From Candidatus Uhrbacteria bacterium (GTDB taxonomy: Bacteria; Patescibacteriota; Patescibacteriia; UBA9934): DNA of 64,000 nt. The stretch spans positions 12,081-76,080 of the forward strand of contig CALRHD010000003.1 in assembly GCA_943359325.1 (NCBI GenBank), in the 5' to 3' direction. Below the pieces are notes generated by a model. The model did not search any database, had not been told where the DNA came from, and saw nothing but the letters and a program-made list of their open reading frames with translations. Both the position numbers and the translations under genes were made by a program. Of this stretch, positions 1 to 9,031 are shown in pieces (the first letter of the stretch is position 1; each line of letters opens with the position of its first letter).

Positions 1-1
1 T

Positions 2-916
2 TGCGACGCACCCGTGGGGTATGTTGCGAGCAGCACGGATTGCGACGACACGTCGGCGTCAATTCATTTCGGTGCGTCAGAAACGTGTAACAGCGTCGAT
101 GACGACTGCGATGGCAGTGTCGACGATGGGTTGGCGACGGCGACGTGGTACGACGACGGCGATGGCGATGGCTACGGCGATGCGTCGGTGTCGACAATCT
201 CGTGCAGCGTTGTTGCGGGCGCCGTCGGCAACGACGACGACTGCGACGATCTCACTGCCGCCGTGAACCCTGCCGCGATCGAAGCGTGTGACGCTGTCGA
301 CAACGATTGTGATGGCGGAACGGACGAGTCGGGTGCGACGGGTGAAAGCCTGTGGTACGACGACGCGGACGGCGATGGGTACGGCGACGGAAGCGTTTCG
401 ACGCTTTCGTGCAGCGCGCTCATTGGCACGGTCGCCGATGCAACGGACTGTAACGACGCCGATGTCACCGTCAATCCGAGTGCAACCGAAGTCTGCGACA
501 GTGCGGATAACGACTGCGACGGGAGCGTCGACAACGTGGTAGGAGCGTCGCATACAACGGTGGTCAGGTTTGCGCCAGACTTCACTGCGTTCACAGGCAT
601 CGTTATTAGCGGCGAGCTACTCGACTCAAGTGGGGGAGACGTGTTGGCGTGGGAAGACTGGAGTACGGGAACGCCTTCGGGCATGACCGTGACGACGTCG
701 ACGACGTCGATCACCGCGACGTACAGCGGGTGCGTTGAAAGCACGGAAACGTGGTATGTGAACATCGGGTTCACGACGTCGAGTGGATCTGCGCGGTATG
801 GCTGCGAGGACGATGGCGACATTCTCGGCATGTACACGGTGACAGTGGATGGTTCGAGCGTCACAACGGGTAGTTGCGGAACCGATCCGTATGGCGAAAA
901 CGCCTATTCGTGGTAA
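2..916 (+). CDS. Secreted Cys/Asp-rich tandem-repeat protein (MopE-like putative metal/Ca-binding modules: WY.D.DGDGYG ... CDD ... NP.A.E.CD.VDNDCDG.VDE), 5' partial, with a distinct C-terminal beta-rich domain
   Basis: The frame continues upstream of the window with repeat text (CDAPVGYVASSTDCDD). There are four or more modules of the same Cys/Asp pattern. It is a paralog of the 1131 and 2668 genes. Confidence 0.75.
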   Translation, partial: CDAPVGYVASSTDCDDTSASIHFGASETCNSVDDDCDGSVDDGLATATWYDDGDGDGYGDASVSTISCSVVAGAVGNDDDCDDLTAAVNPAAIEACDAVDNDCDGGTDESGATGESLWYDDADGDGYGDGSVSTLSCSALIGTVADATDCNDADVTVNPSATEVCDSADNDCDGSVDNVVGASHTTVVRFAPDFTAFTGIVISGELLDSSGGDVLAWEDWSTGTPSGMTVTTSTTSITATYSGCVESTETWYVNIGFTTSSGSARYGCEDDGDILGMYTVTVDGSSVTTGSCGTDPYGENAYSW

Positions 917-923
917 AAACCGT

Positions 924-958
924 GAGACTGGCACCGAAACGTGCCAGTCTCTTTGTTT
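924..958 (+). terminator. Rho-independent terminator
   Basis: GAGACTGGCAC-CGAAAC-GTGCCAGTCTC stem-loop followed by TTTGTTTGG, directly after the stop at 914-916. Confidence 0.6.
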
Positions 959-968
959 GGGAAAAATA

Positions 969-1011
969 GCGTCCCAGACAAGGGGCGTCTGGGACGCCCC
1001 TTGTCTGGGAC
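969..1011. repeat. Complex palindrome carrying the GGCGTCTGGGACGCC core
   Basis: GTCCCAGACAAGGGGC / loop GTCTGGGAC / GCCCCTTGTCTGGGAC gives a 16-bp stem whose loop is itself complementary to the stem. It shares its core with 8526-8545, 19258-19272 and 25595-25606. Confidence 0.6.
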
Positions 1012-1021
1012 AGGGTGCCTC

Positions 1022-1050
1022 TTGCAAAATTTGGTGAATTATGCTAGATT
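1022..1050 (+). promoter_or_regulatory. Sigma70-like promoter TTGCAA-N17-TAGATT for the 1131 gene
   Basis: Hexamer spacing read directly from the sequence. An AGGAG SD sits 7 nt before the ATG at 1131. Confidence 0.45.
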
Positions 1051-1130
1051 TTGGGGTCGCAATTGTGGGGTTTTCCTACGATTTGTGATCCTTTCACCTC
1101 CCGTTTCAACGGGATTCTCCAGGAGTTCAC

Positions 1131-2468
1131 ATGGCCACTTGGCCGCTTACGGGCATGATGGCAGCCTTTGTTGCCATGTTGACGATTGGTGGTTGCGAAT
1201 ACGAGCGCGTCACGAAGTACGTTCCACAGTATGTGGTGGACGCAGCAGACACGGCCGCGGACGCCGATACGGATTCCGACGCCGACAGTGACGCCGATGG
1301 CGACGCGGATACGGATTCAGGCGTCGACACGGACACGGGAGAGCCGTGCGTGGCGGTGCCGTGGTACATCGACTACGACGGCGATGGGCTTGGCGTAGAG
1401 AGTACGTTCACGGTGACCCAGTGCGTGGCACCCGCAGGCTATGTTGCGAGCGCGACCGATTGCGACGACACGGACATCACGATCACGCTCGGGGACATCT
1501 ACTACGCCGACGTTGATGGCGACGGGTACGGAAATGTTGCTTCGGCGACTGGTCCTACCTGCACCATGCCCGCAGGGTACGTCGACGCCACGAAGGCAAC
1601 GGATTGCGACGATGCGAAAGCAGAGTGGCATCCGGGGGCAGAAGAATCGTGCAGCGTCGATGAAGATCGAAACTGCGACGGTTCGACGCTCTACGCCGAC
1701 GTTGATGCTGACGGTTCGCCTGCGTGTCTCGATTGCGATGACGCCGACAACGTGGTGTACCCGCACGCCGATGAATATTGCGACAGCCTCGACAACGACT
1801 GCGATGGCAGTGTGGACGAGAACGACGCGGTGGATGCGGCAACGTGGTATGCCGACGTCGACGGTGACACCTACGGCAATAATGCCGTGACGGTGAAGCA
1901 GTGCGACGCGCCGTCCGGCTACATCGCCAACGCGACCGATTGTGACGACGCGAAGAGCGCTGTCAATCCGGGTGCGGCAGAGTTGTGCGACGGCGTTGAC
2001 AACGACTGCGATGGCAGCGTCGATAGCGCGGATAGCAGTATCGCCGGAGAGTCGACGTGGTACGAAGACGCCGATGGCGACACCTACGGAAACGTGGACG
2101 TCACCGCGGTGCAGTGCGACGCGCCGAGCGGCTACGTGGACAATGGTGAGGACTGTGATGATCTCGATCATCACACCAACCCAGAGGCCGCGGAGTACGC
2201 GAACGGCTACGACGACGACTGCGATGGCAGCGTCGACGAGGACACGAGCACAACGTCGGGAACGACGGATTGCTACGTAGACGCCGACAACGACGGCTTC
2301 GGTGATTCGTCCGGAACCGCAACGCCTGCCGACTCGGACGGCACGTGCCCCTCGGGGCATGTGTTCGACGACACGGATTGCGAGGACAACAACGCAACCG
2401 TGAACCCTGATGCCTCGGATTATGTCGGTGATTACCGCGATACCGACTGTGACGGTGTCGCAAGCTAG
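1131..2468 (+). CDS. Lipoprotein with tandem MopE-like Cys/Asp-rich repeats and an N-terminal poly-Asp acidic linker
   Basis: Signal peptide with lipobox LTIGGC. About seven modules of the form WY.D.DGDxYG ... DCDD ... NP ... E.CD..DNDCDGSVDE. Confidence 0.8.
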   Translation: MATWPLTGMMAAFVAMLTIGGCEYERVTKYVPQYVVDAADTAADADTDSDADSDADGDADTDSGVDTDTGEPCVAVPWYIDYDGDGLGVESTFTVTQCVAPAGYVASATDCDDTDITITLGDIYYADVDGDGYGNVASATGPTCTMPAGYVDATKATDCDDAKAEWHPGAEESCSVDEDRNCDGSTLYADVDADGSPACLDCDDADNVVYPHADEYCDSLDNDCDGSVDENDAVDAATWYADVDGDTYGNNAVTVKQCDAPSGYIANATDCDDAKSAVNPGAAELCDGVDNDCDGSVDSADSSIAGESTWYEDADGDTYGNVDVTAVQCDAPSGYVDNGEDCDDLDHHTNPEAAEYANGYDDDCDGSVDEDTSTTSGTTDCYVDADNDGFGDSSGTATPADSDGTCPSGHVFDDTDCEDNNATVNPDASDYVGDYRDTDCDGVAS

Positions 2469-2485
2469 CGGTTAAAACCCGCCTC

Positions 2486-2531
2486 ACTGCCTACATGGAG
2501 AAATCCGTGTGGGCAGTTTTGTTTTTATTTT
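2486..2531 (+). terminator. Probable terminator
   Basis: CACTGCC ... GGCAGTT stem followed by TTTTGTTTTTATTTT. Confidence 0.4.
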
Positions 2532-2566
2532 AGCCATAATTTTCTTATTGGGGCCTGAACTTGCCC

Positions 2567-2595
2567 TTGACAGAACTTCATTTTTTCACTAGGAT
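2567..2595 (+). promoter_or_regulatory. Sigma70-like promoter TTGACA-N17-TAGGAT for the 2668 gene
   Basis: Consensus -35 with exact 17-nt spacing. An AGGAG SD lies before the ATG at 2668. Confidence 0.5.
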
Positions 2596-2667
2596 TTTGC
2601 GACCTAACAAGGCGTTTCGGGTTTTCCAAAACGATGCGGTAGGCAATGGCAACAGGAGATTCTCAAA

Positions 2668-4356
2668 ATGACGTTCCTTCTTTTGGCGCTTGGTTGCGTC
2701 CCTCTCACCGACATTGGTGTGGACGGCAATGGGTTTGAGGCGAATGCAAAGGGTTTCGACGGCGACGGCGATAGCTACACGTCTTTGGCGACAGGTGGCA
2801 CCGATTGCGACGACACCGACGTGGCGATCAGTCCAGGCGCAACCGAAGTCTGCGACAGTGTGGACAACGATTGTGACCTCGATATCGACGACGACGACAC
2901 GTCGCGCGTCGGTCGTCGGTACGGCCCTGATCTTGATGGCGATGGTTGGGCTCAGGACGGCGCACATCAAACCGCCTGTTCGACAGACCCGATCCAGGAA
3001 ATTCTGGATATCGCTGACGGTGATAGCAGTGTCACTGGTGACGACTGGATCGTCATTCCCGTGGAGCAGTACAGCAGCACTGGTGCGTTTACCAACGCTG
3101 ATTGTGACGACGACAACGATGATGTCTACCCAATGGCGACCGAGACGTGCAATGGTATCGACGATGACTGCGAAGGCGGCATCGATGAAGCTCTGACGAC
3201 CTACACGTGGTATGCCGACAGCGATGTCGACACCTACGGCAATGCGTCGGTCAGCACGAGTTCGTGCAGTGCGCCGTCGGGATATGTTTCCGACAGCACG
3301 GATTGCAACGATGCCTCGGCGTCGGTGCATCCCGGAGCGTCGGAAACGTGCAACAGCGTCGACGATGACTGCGATGGCAGCATCGACGAAGGTGTGACGA
3401 CGACGTACTACGCGGATGCCGATGGTGACACGTACGGCAATCTGTTGGTGACGGCTGCGGCATGCAGTGCGCCATCGGGCTACGTTTCGCACGACAGCGA
3501 CTGCGACGACACGGACGCGGCGATCAATCCGCTCGCCGTCGAGGTCTGCGATCTCGTGGACAACGACTGCGATTTCGTGGTCGACGACGGCGTGATGTCG
3601 ACGTTCTACGTCGACAGCGATGGTGATACGTACGGCAGCACGGCGTCGGGAGCGGCGACGGGGTGCAGTGCGCCAGCTGGGTACGTTGCGAGCTCGACGG
3701 ACTGCAATGACAGCGATGCGGCGATCAGTCCAGGTGCAACCGAAGTCTGCGACAGTGTGGACAACGATTGCGACAGCAGCACCGACGAAGGTGTGTTGAC
3801 GACGTGGTATCGCGACGGTGACAGCGATGGGTACGGGGGGAGCACCTCGTTCGCGAGCTGTACGGCGCCGGCAAGTTTTGTCGCCACGAGCACGGACTGT
3901 CTTGATACCAACGGGGCGGTGCATCCCGGCGCAACCGAGGTTGCAGGCAACAGCCTTGACGACGATTGCGACGGGACGATCGACAACACGACGTGCGTCA
4001 GCACGATCGAGATCATCAACGACATGGGTGATGCCGACTACATCAGCGCGGTCGTGAGCTCCGATTCCTCGATGACCGGTGACTGGTGGGACAACACCAC
4101 CGGCATCAGTCTCGTGACGGGTGTCACCACGACGGAATACAGTCTCGGCGGCTACTACCGCGAGTACGACAGCGCCTTCAGCCTCTGCTTCACGGCAGGT
4201 GTGACGGTGGTGCTCAGCGGTGAATTCGCAACGGGTGGCATGCTCTGCGAGCCGAGCGGTGCGGGAGCACTCGTCTTCGCGGAAAGCGATGGCGTGAGCC
4301 TCACAATCAGTGAGACGACGGCCGGTAGTGGCTGCGTCTACACCATCAGCGAGTAG
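2668..4356 (+). CDS. Lipoprotein with tandem MopE-like Cys/Asp-rich repeats plus a C-terminal beta-rich domain
   Basis: Signal/lipobox LALGC. About nine repeat modules. Nucleotide-level repeats are shared with genes 1 and 2 (CAACCGAAGTCTGCGACAGTG at 2840 and 3740). Confidence 0.8.
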   Translation: MTFLLLALGCVPLTDIGVDGNGFEANAKGFDGDGDSYTSLATGGTDCDDTDVAISPGATEVCDSVDNDCDLDIDDDDTSRVGRRYGPDLDGDGWAQDGAHQTACSTDPIQEILDIADGDSSVTGDDWIVIPVEQYSSTGAFTNADCDDDNDDVYPMATETCNGIDDDCEGGIDEALTTYTWYADSDVDTYGNASVSTSSCSAPSGYVSDSTDCNDASASVHPGASETCNSVDDDCDGSIDEGVTTTYYADADGDTYGNLLVTAAACSAPSGYVSHDSDCDDTDAAINPLAVEVCDLVDNDCDFVVDDGVMSTFYVDSDGDTYGSTASGAATGCSAPAGYVASSTDCNDSDAAISPGATEVCDSVDNDCDSSTDEGVLTTWYRDGDSDGYGGSTSFASCTAPASFVATSTDCLDTNGAVHPGATEVAGNSLDDDCDGTIDNTTCVSTIEIINDMGDADYISAVVSSDSSMTGDWWDNTTGISLVTGVTTTEYSLGGYYREYDSAFSLCFTAGVTVVLSGEFATGGMLCEPSGAGALVFAESDGVSLTISETTAGSGCVYTISE

Positions 4357-4363
4357 CGTCCTT

Positions 4364-4420
4364 GAGGCCTCCGACTATCTCCCATTTCTGGGATTTGGTC
4401 GGAGGCCTCTTTATTTTTTT
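4364..4420 (+). terminator. Rho-independent terminator
   Basis: GAGGCCTCCGAC ... GTCGGAGGCCTC 12-bp stem followed by TTTATTTTTTT. Confidence 0.65.
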
Positions 4421-4459
4421 ACCGTCACTTAGTGACGTTAAACGTCACTAAGTGACGGT
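4421..4459. promoter_or_regulatory. 39-nt perfect palindrome (candidate operator)
   Basis: ACCGTCACTTAGTGACGTT-A-AACGTCACTAAGTGACGGT. It sits where a -35 would be for the leaderless promoter of the 4481 gene. Confidence 0.5.
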
Positions 4460-4460
4460 G

Positions 4461-4471
4461 TGTGGTAAAAT
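4461..4471 (+). promoter_or_regulatory. Extended -10 (TGgTAAAAT), 9 nt upstream of the ATG at 4481 (leaderless mRNA)
   Basis: TGTGGTAAAATactcgctagATG. Confidence 0.45.
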
Positions 4472-4480
4472 ACTCGCTAG

Positions 4481-6037
4481 ATGATCAACCTCCGCAGTAT
4501 TTATCTCGCCGCGCAGGAGAGAACGCGATTCGCTGTCGCGGGGCTTGTGGTGTTGCTCGTGGCCGGCGTGTGCGGCATCGTGTTTTTTTCGCCCATGCTT
4601 ACGCTTGCGGCGTCCTTTGCGCTTGTCGTCGTATTTGTGAGTTTCGTGCGCCCCACATGGATGCTGTTTGCGCTCATGATGTACTTGCCGTTCGAGCCAT
4701 TTTTGCTCAAATGGGTGCAGGACGACGTGTATGTCTACGCCAAATATTCGTCGGAACTGGTCGTCTATTTGCTCGTCGCGGTTGTCGCGTGGCGACTTTT
4801 TTCGGGCGTTGCGGTGTGGCGACGGTCGTCTGTGGATGTTTTCTTGCTCATATTTCTTTTTCTCCTCGTCGTCACGACGCTCGTCAATGTCTCCAGCACC
4901 TCTGTTGCCGTGCTCGGCGTGCGGCAAATCATTCGCTTCATATTTTTGTATGTGGTGACGGTACAGCTTGCACCGTCACGGAAATGGGTGCGTGCGCTTT
5001 TTTACGGACTCGTCGTCATCGTTGCCCTGCAAATCGTTTTGGCGAGTGCACAGGGAATTATCGGTGAACGCGTCGACACGTTTTTGCTCCCGTCCGAACG
5101 TCGTACGCTTGGACAAATTCAGTTGACGGCAGGGCAGGTGCAATTTTGGGACCCTGGTCAGCGCGTGTTCGGCACGCTCGGACGCTACGATCAGCTGGGT
5201 ACGTTCATGGCGTTTGTCATGCTGCTCATGGCGGCCGCGCTTTACGAATGGAAACAGTCGCCGTCGACAAAAAAATTGTGGATTGTTTTTCTTGCTGCAC
5301 TGCCCATTCTTGCGTTGACGTACTCGCGTTCGGCGTGGTTTGGATTTGTGCTTGGATTTTTGTTTCTTGCGCTGTGGGCAAAGCGCGACCGTCGTGTGTG
5401 GGTCGGTTTGGCGACGTTTGTTCTTGCGGCCCTGCTGTATCTTGGTGCAAGCGGGCTTGTCGTGCGTCAACTCGTCGACGTCTCAGGTCAATCGGTGACA
5501 GACAGATTTTTTGAAGCATTTTCCGCCGAGCGTTGGGCAGGGGAGTACTACGGGCTTGGACGTATGTTTTGGATGGTGCAAACCGTCGCAACGGTTGTTC
5601 CCGCATCGCCGCTTCTTGGTCACGGCCCGGCAAACTACGGTGGTGGTGCAGTCGCCGCACTCCACAACACCCGTACATACGACGCGCTCGGTTTGCCATT
5701 TGGCGTGTATGGCACCGACGGGTATATCGACAACAACTGGTTTAGTTTGTGGGGGGAGACGGGAACGCTTGGGCTCGCGGCGTACCTTGCAATCTATATT
5801 ACATTGTTTGTGACATGCATTCGTGTGTGGCGAAAGTCGAATGATGCTGACGTTCGTGCCCTTGCCATCGGCACCGCTTGCGCCATGCTCGCCGTTGCCT
5901 TGAACGCATTTCTCGCAACATATTTTGAAGCCCGAACCCTCGCACCGTACCTGTGGGTATTTGCAGGACTTGTTGTTGTGGCAGAGAGAAAGAGTGGAAA
6001 TGTAGAAAATGTTTATGAGAATCCTTCACACGCATAA
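4481..6037 (+). CDS. O-antigen ligase/polymerase family membrane protein (Wzy_C-like)
   Basis: Multi-TM protein with an ALTYSRSAWFGFVLGF motif typical of the O-antigen ligase family. Confidence 0.65.
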   Translation: MINLRSIYLAAQERTRFAVAGLVVLLVAGVCGIVFFSPMLTLAASFALVVVFVSFVRPTWMLFALMMYLPFEPFLLKWVQDDVYVYAKYSSELVVYLLVAVVAWRLFSGVAVWRRSSVDVFLLIFLFLLVVTTLVNVSSTSVAVLGVRQIIRFIFLYVVTVQLAPSRKWVRALFYGLVVIVALQIVLASAQGIIGERVDTFLLPSERRTLGQIQLTAGQVQFWDPGQRVFGTLGRYDQLGTFMAFVMLLMAAALYEWKQSPSTKKLWIVFLAALPILALTYSRSAWFGFVLGFLFLALWAKRDRRVWVGLATFVLAALLYLGASGLVVRQLVDVSGQSVTDRFFEAFSAERWAGEYYGLGRMFWMVQTVATVVPASPLLGHGPANYGGGAVAALHNTRTYDALGLPFGVYGTDGYIDNNWFSLWGETGTLGLAAYLAIYITLFVTCIRVWRKSNDADVRALAIGTACAMLAVALNAFLATYFEARTLAPYLWVFAGLVVVAERKSGNVENVYENPSHA

Positions 6038-7244
6038 ATATTTTCACGAACGCGATGGAGTTGGACGTTACATGTTCGACCTCATGCGTGAATGTGCAGC
6101 GCGGGGAATTGCAACGGCGCCGTTTGCAATGCATGACGCGCGGAATGTTCCGTCGGCGTGGGAGAAGTATTTTGTATCGTCGCTTGACACGACGCACGCG
6201 AATTTCGGTTTTTCCACGCTGCGTCAAGCAGGTCGTGCTTTGTGGTCGTGCGAAGCAGCGTCGAAGATGTGCGCGATGATTGCTGCGTTCCACCCCGACG
6301 TCATTCATGCGCACAACATTTACACGCACCTTTCTCCGTCGATTCTTTCTGCGGCACACCATGCCGACGTTCCTGTGGTCATGACCGTTCACGACTATGC
6401 ACTCGTTTCGGCGAACTATACGCTATGGTCACCATCACGAAAGAGTAGCGAAGGTCATACGCTTCGTGCAGGGAGAAATAGTTTGCTTTCGATTGCACGT
6501 TCGCGATTTATTAAAAATTCTTTTTCAGCGACGCTGGCGCTTGAATGCATCACCCGCTTGCAGCGCGCACTGAAAATGTACGATCACACTATTTCTCGCT
6601 ACATTACGCTTTCCGAATTTGTAAAACAAACCCTCGTCGACGTTGGTTATGACGCGCAAAAAATCGACGTCATACCGCCTTTTATTCCACTTGCCCTACA
6701 ACCTACAACCTACTACCTACAACCTCTCGATGTGCTCTACGTTGGTCGGCTTGAGGATTACAAAGGTGTAGGGACGTTGATCGACGCCATGAAATTGTGT
6801 CCCGAGCAAACGCTTCGCATTGTCGGTGACGGGCCATGCAGGCTCACGTTTGAGGCGCAGGCAAAGGGTATGACGAACGTCCATTTTGATGGCTTTTTGT
6901 CGGGTGAGAAATTGGAGGAGGCATACGCATCGGCTCGCGTGCTCGTCGTTCCATCGCTCTGGTACGAGCCATTTGGTTTGGTCGCCGTGGAGGCGATGGC
7001 ACGTGGCGTGCCTGTTATTGTGAGTGACCGTGGGGGATTGCCTGAGATTGTTGGTAATGATCAAGGTGGGGTGCTGTTTGGGGCGGGCAAAGCAGGGGAT
7101 CTGGCAGCGGCAATCCGCCGATTTTTCGAGGACGAGGCGTGGGCAGCGGGCATGGCAGGTGCGGCACAAACCCGCTCTTCGACCCTGTGTGGTTTAGGGC
7201 GTTTTGAGGATATTTTGGAGATTTACAGGGCTTTTCAACACTAA
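6009..7244 (+). CDS. Glycosyltransferase family 4
   Basis: GT-B fold with EX7E region (EPFGLVAVEAMARGVPVIVSDRGGLPEIV). The start may be the Met at 6015. Confidence 0.85.
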   Translation: MFMRILHTHKYFHERDGVGRYMFDLMRECAARGIATAPFAMHDARNVPSAWEKYFVSSLDTTHANFGFSTLRQAGRALWSCEAASKMCAMIAAFHPDVIHAHNIYTHLSPSILSAAHHADVPVVMTVHDYALVSANYTLWSPSRKSSEGHTLRAGRNSLLSIARSRFIKNSFSATLALECITRLQRALKMYDHTISRYITLSEFVKQTLVDVGYDAQKIDVIPPFIPLALQPTTYYLQPLDVLYVGRLEDYKGVGTLIDAMKLCPEQTLRIVGDGPCRLTFEAQAKGMTNVHFDGFLSGEKLEEAYASARVLVVPSLWYEPFGLVAVEAMARGVPVIVSDRGGLPEIVGNDQGGVLFGAGKAGDLAAAIRRFFEDEAWAAGMAGAAQTRSSTLCGLGRFEDILEIYRAFQH

Positions 7245-7285
7245 GCACTGTCAGTGCTAAGTGTGGACAGCCTGTGGATAACTTT
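7237..7285. repeat. ~40-bp repeat CAACACTA(A/G)GCACTGTCAGTGCTAAGTGTGGA...ATAACTT capping the GT4 3' end (copy 1, with an internal 10-bp duplication)
   Basis: Near-identical to 23721-23760. Contains the palindrome GCACTGTCAGTGC. Overlaps the final QH-stop codons. Confidence 0.6.
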
Positions 7286-7307
7286 TGGAGGGGCAGGGGA
7301 CTGGACG

Positions 7308-7336
7308 TTGACAAAACGCCCATTTTTTGTTAGGTT
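7308..7336 (+). promoter_or_regulatory. Promoter TTGACA-N17-TAGGTT, 8 nt before the ATG (leaderless)
   Basis: Read directly from the sequence. ATG at 7345. Confidence 0.5.
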
Positions 7337-7344
7337 TCTCGGTT

Positions 7345-8505
7345 ATGAAAATAGCCATGATTGGGCAAAAAGGTGTTCCGGGCCGCTTTGGCGGTATCGA
7401 GACCCACGTCACTGAACTCGCTACCCGCCTCCGTCGGGCTGGATTTTCTGTGACGACGTATTGCCGTTCGTGGTACGCCACCGACCGCATTGACCGTTAC
7501 AACGGCATCGACCTTGTGACGCTACCGTCGCTCCGCACAAAGCACCTCGACGCGATCACCCACACCTTCTTGGCGACCTTACACGCAATGTTCGTTGTGC
7601 GTCCTGACGTGTATCACTTCCACGGCGTTGGCCCGTCGCTTTTGGCGTGGATGCCAAAACTGTTCGCCCCCCGCGCAACGATTGTGACGACGTTCCACTG
7701 TATCGACCGTCATCATGCGAAATGGGGTTTCCTTTCGCGTCTCATACTCCGTCTTGGTGAACGCGCATGTCTCGTGAGCACCGACGTTTGTATTGCGGTC
7801 AGCAAAACGCTTACGATTTATGCGTATGAGAATTACGGGAAAAGCGCAACGTATATTCCGAACGGCATTACGCCGCGTCGCGTTGCGACCGACGACACAC
7901 TCCTTGCACCATTTGGTTTGCATGACTATGGCTATGTTGCCTTTGTTGCCCGCCTTGTTCCGCATAAAGGAGCACACACGCTGATTGACGCGTGGAAGCG
8001 CGCAAATGCATTGCGACCTGACGTCATGCGCGACCTCAAGTTAGCAATTGTCGGTGGTTCGGCGTTTACGGATGCGTACGTGAAAAAAATCAAAAAGCAG
8101 GCTGCGGGCGACGAGTCGATTGTGTTTACAGGTAACCAAACCGGTGACACGCTCGAAGCATTGTTCGCAGGTTCTCGTTTCACGGTCAACCCGTCGACGA
8201 GTGAAGGGTTGCCGATCGCGGTTTTAGAAGCGATGAGTTATGGCAAGGCCGTGATTGCGTCCGACATTCCCGCGCACCTTGAAGTGGTCGGAGAATACGG
8301 TGTGCCGTTTGCGACAGGAGATGTGGATGACTTGGCGCAAAAAATCATCGCGCTTGCCGCCGACCCGATGCAAGCCGCGTCGCTCGGCCATGTGGCACGA
8401 ACGTACGTCGAAAACACGTATCACTGGGACGACATTGCCGCACACACCGCAGCACTCTACCGCAAGCATCGCCACGCAGTTCGCGGCGTCCTCGCGCTCG
8501 AATAA
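7345..8505 (+). CDS. Glycosyltransferase family 4 (DUF1972-type N-terminus)
   Basis: MKIAMIGQKGVPGRFGGIETHV N-terminus and EGLPIAVLEAMSYGKAVIASD C-terminal GT4 motif. Confidence 0.85.
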   Translation: MKIAMIGQKGVPGRFGGIETHVTELATRLRRAGFSVTTYCRSWYATDRIDRYNGIDLVTLPSLRTKHLDAITHTFLATLHAMFVVRPDVYHFHGVGPSLLAWMPKLFAPRATIVTTFHCIDRHHAKWGFLSRLILRLGERACLVSTDVCIAVSKTLTIYAYENYGKSATYIPNGITPRRVATDDTLLAPFGLHDYGYVAFVARLVPHKGAHTLIDAWKRANALRPDVMRDLKLAIVGGSAFTDAYVKKIKKQAAGDESIVFTGNQTGDTLEALFAGSRFTVNPSTSEGLPIAVLEAMSYGKAVIASDIPAHLEVVGEYGVPFATGDVDDLAQKIIALAADPMQAASLGHVARTYVENTYHWDDIAAHTAALYRKHRHAVRGVLALE

Positions 8506-8556
8506 AAACAATACCCGTCCCAGACGCCAGGCGTCTGGGACGGGTATTGTTTTTAT
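8505..8556. terminator. Perfect ~25-bp inverted repeat terminator containing the GTCCCAGACGCC core
   Basis: AAAAACAATACCCGTCCCAGACGCC-A-GGCGTCTGGGACGGGTATTGTTTTT. A-tract and T-tract flanks suggest it is bidirectional. Confidence 0.65.
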
Positions 8557-8566
8557 CCACAGTCCC

Positions 8567-8992
8567 CTACTCTTCTTTTGGCGTTTCCCTCTCCTTTAAG
8601 AGTTCGGGGTTCGGTGAGTAAAGTGTGTTCTTAATTTTCCAGATTTCTACAAATCGCCCAATCCCCTTTCTGTCTCGTTTGTTTCGAACCGTGGTGCTCG
8701 ACTGCGACCAGCGGAGCAGGGATTCGAAGTTTATTTTGTAACGACCTTGAACGACGATATACGTTACCTCTTTTTCCAAAATCGCCCGTCGTACCGTTCT
8801 TGGGCTGACGCCAAACATTTTTGCCGCCTCGGAGACGGTGAGGCGAATCACGGGGTCGAGTGGTGAGGGAGCTGCCATTGCCATAGTTTCTGCATTATGA
8901 CGTTTGTCTACTCTAGCGTAGCCAAACGTCACGGCGTCGTCAAGCGAACCATTGCGGAATAAAGGGAATACGCGCATCCTGATTGCAATCAT
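8567..8992 (-). CDS. Excisionase-family HTH DNA-binding protein
   Basis: LTVSEAAKMFGVSPRTVRRAILEKEVTYIVVQGRYKINFESLLRW matches the excisionase/MerR-type HTH_17 pattern. The start codon is uncertain (Met 1, 6, 37 or 39). Confidence 0.5.
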   Translation of the reverse strand: MIAIRMRVFPLFRNGSLDDAVTFGYARVDKRHNAETMAMAAPSPLDPVIRLTVSEAAKMFGVSPRTVRRAILEKEVTYIVVQGRYKINFESLLRWSQSSTTVRNKRDRKGIGRFVEIWKIKNTLYSPNPELLKERETPKEE

Positions 8993-9031
8993 TGGAGGTG
9001 TAAGATTTGCTAAAAACTTACGTCATACTAC

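Noticed and set aside
77-4025. Long minus-strand ORFs (77..553, 172..864, 1317..2360, 2578..3924, 3606..4025) antisense to the MopE-like repeat genes
   Set aside because: They are artefacts of high-GC, low-stop repeat DNA. Their translations are Arg/Ala/Val-rich nonsense with no motifs, whereas the + strand frames carry coherent signal peptides and a conserved Cys/Asp module.
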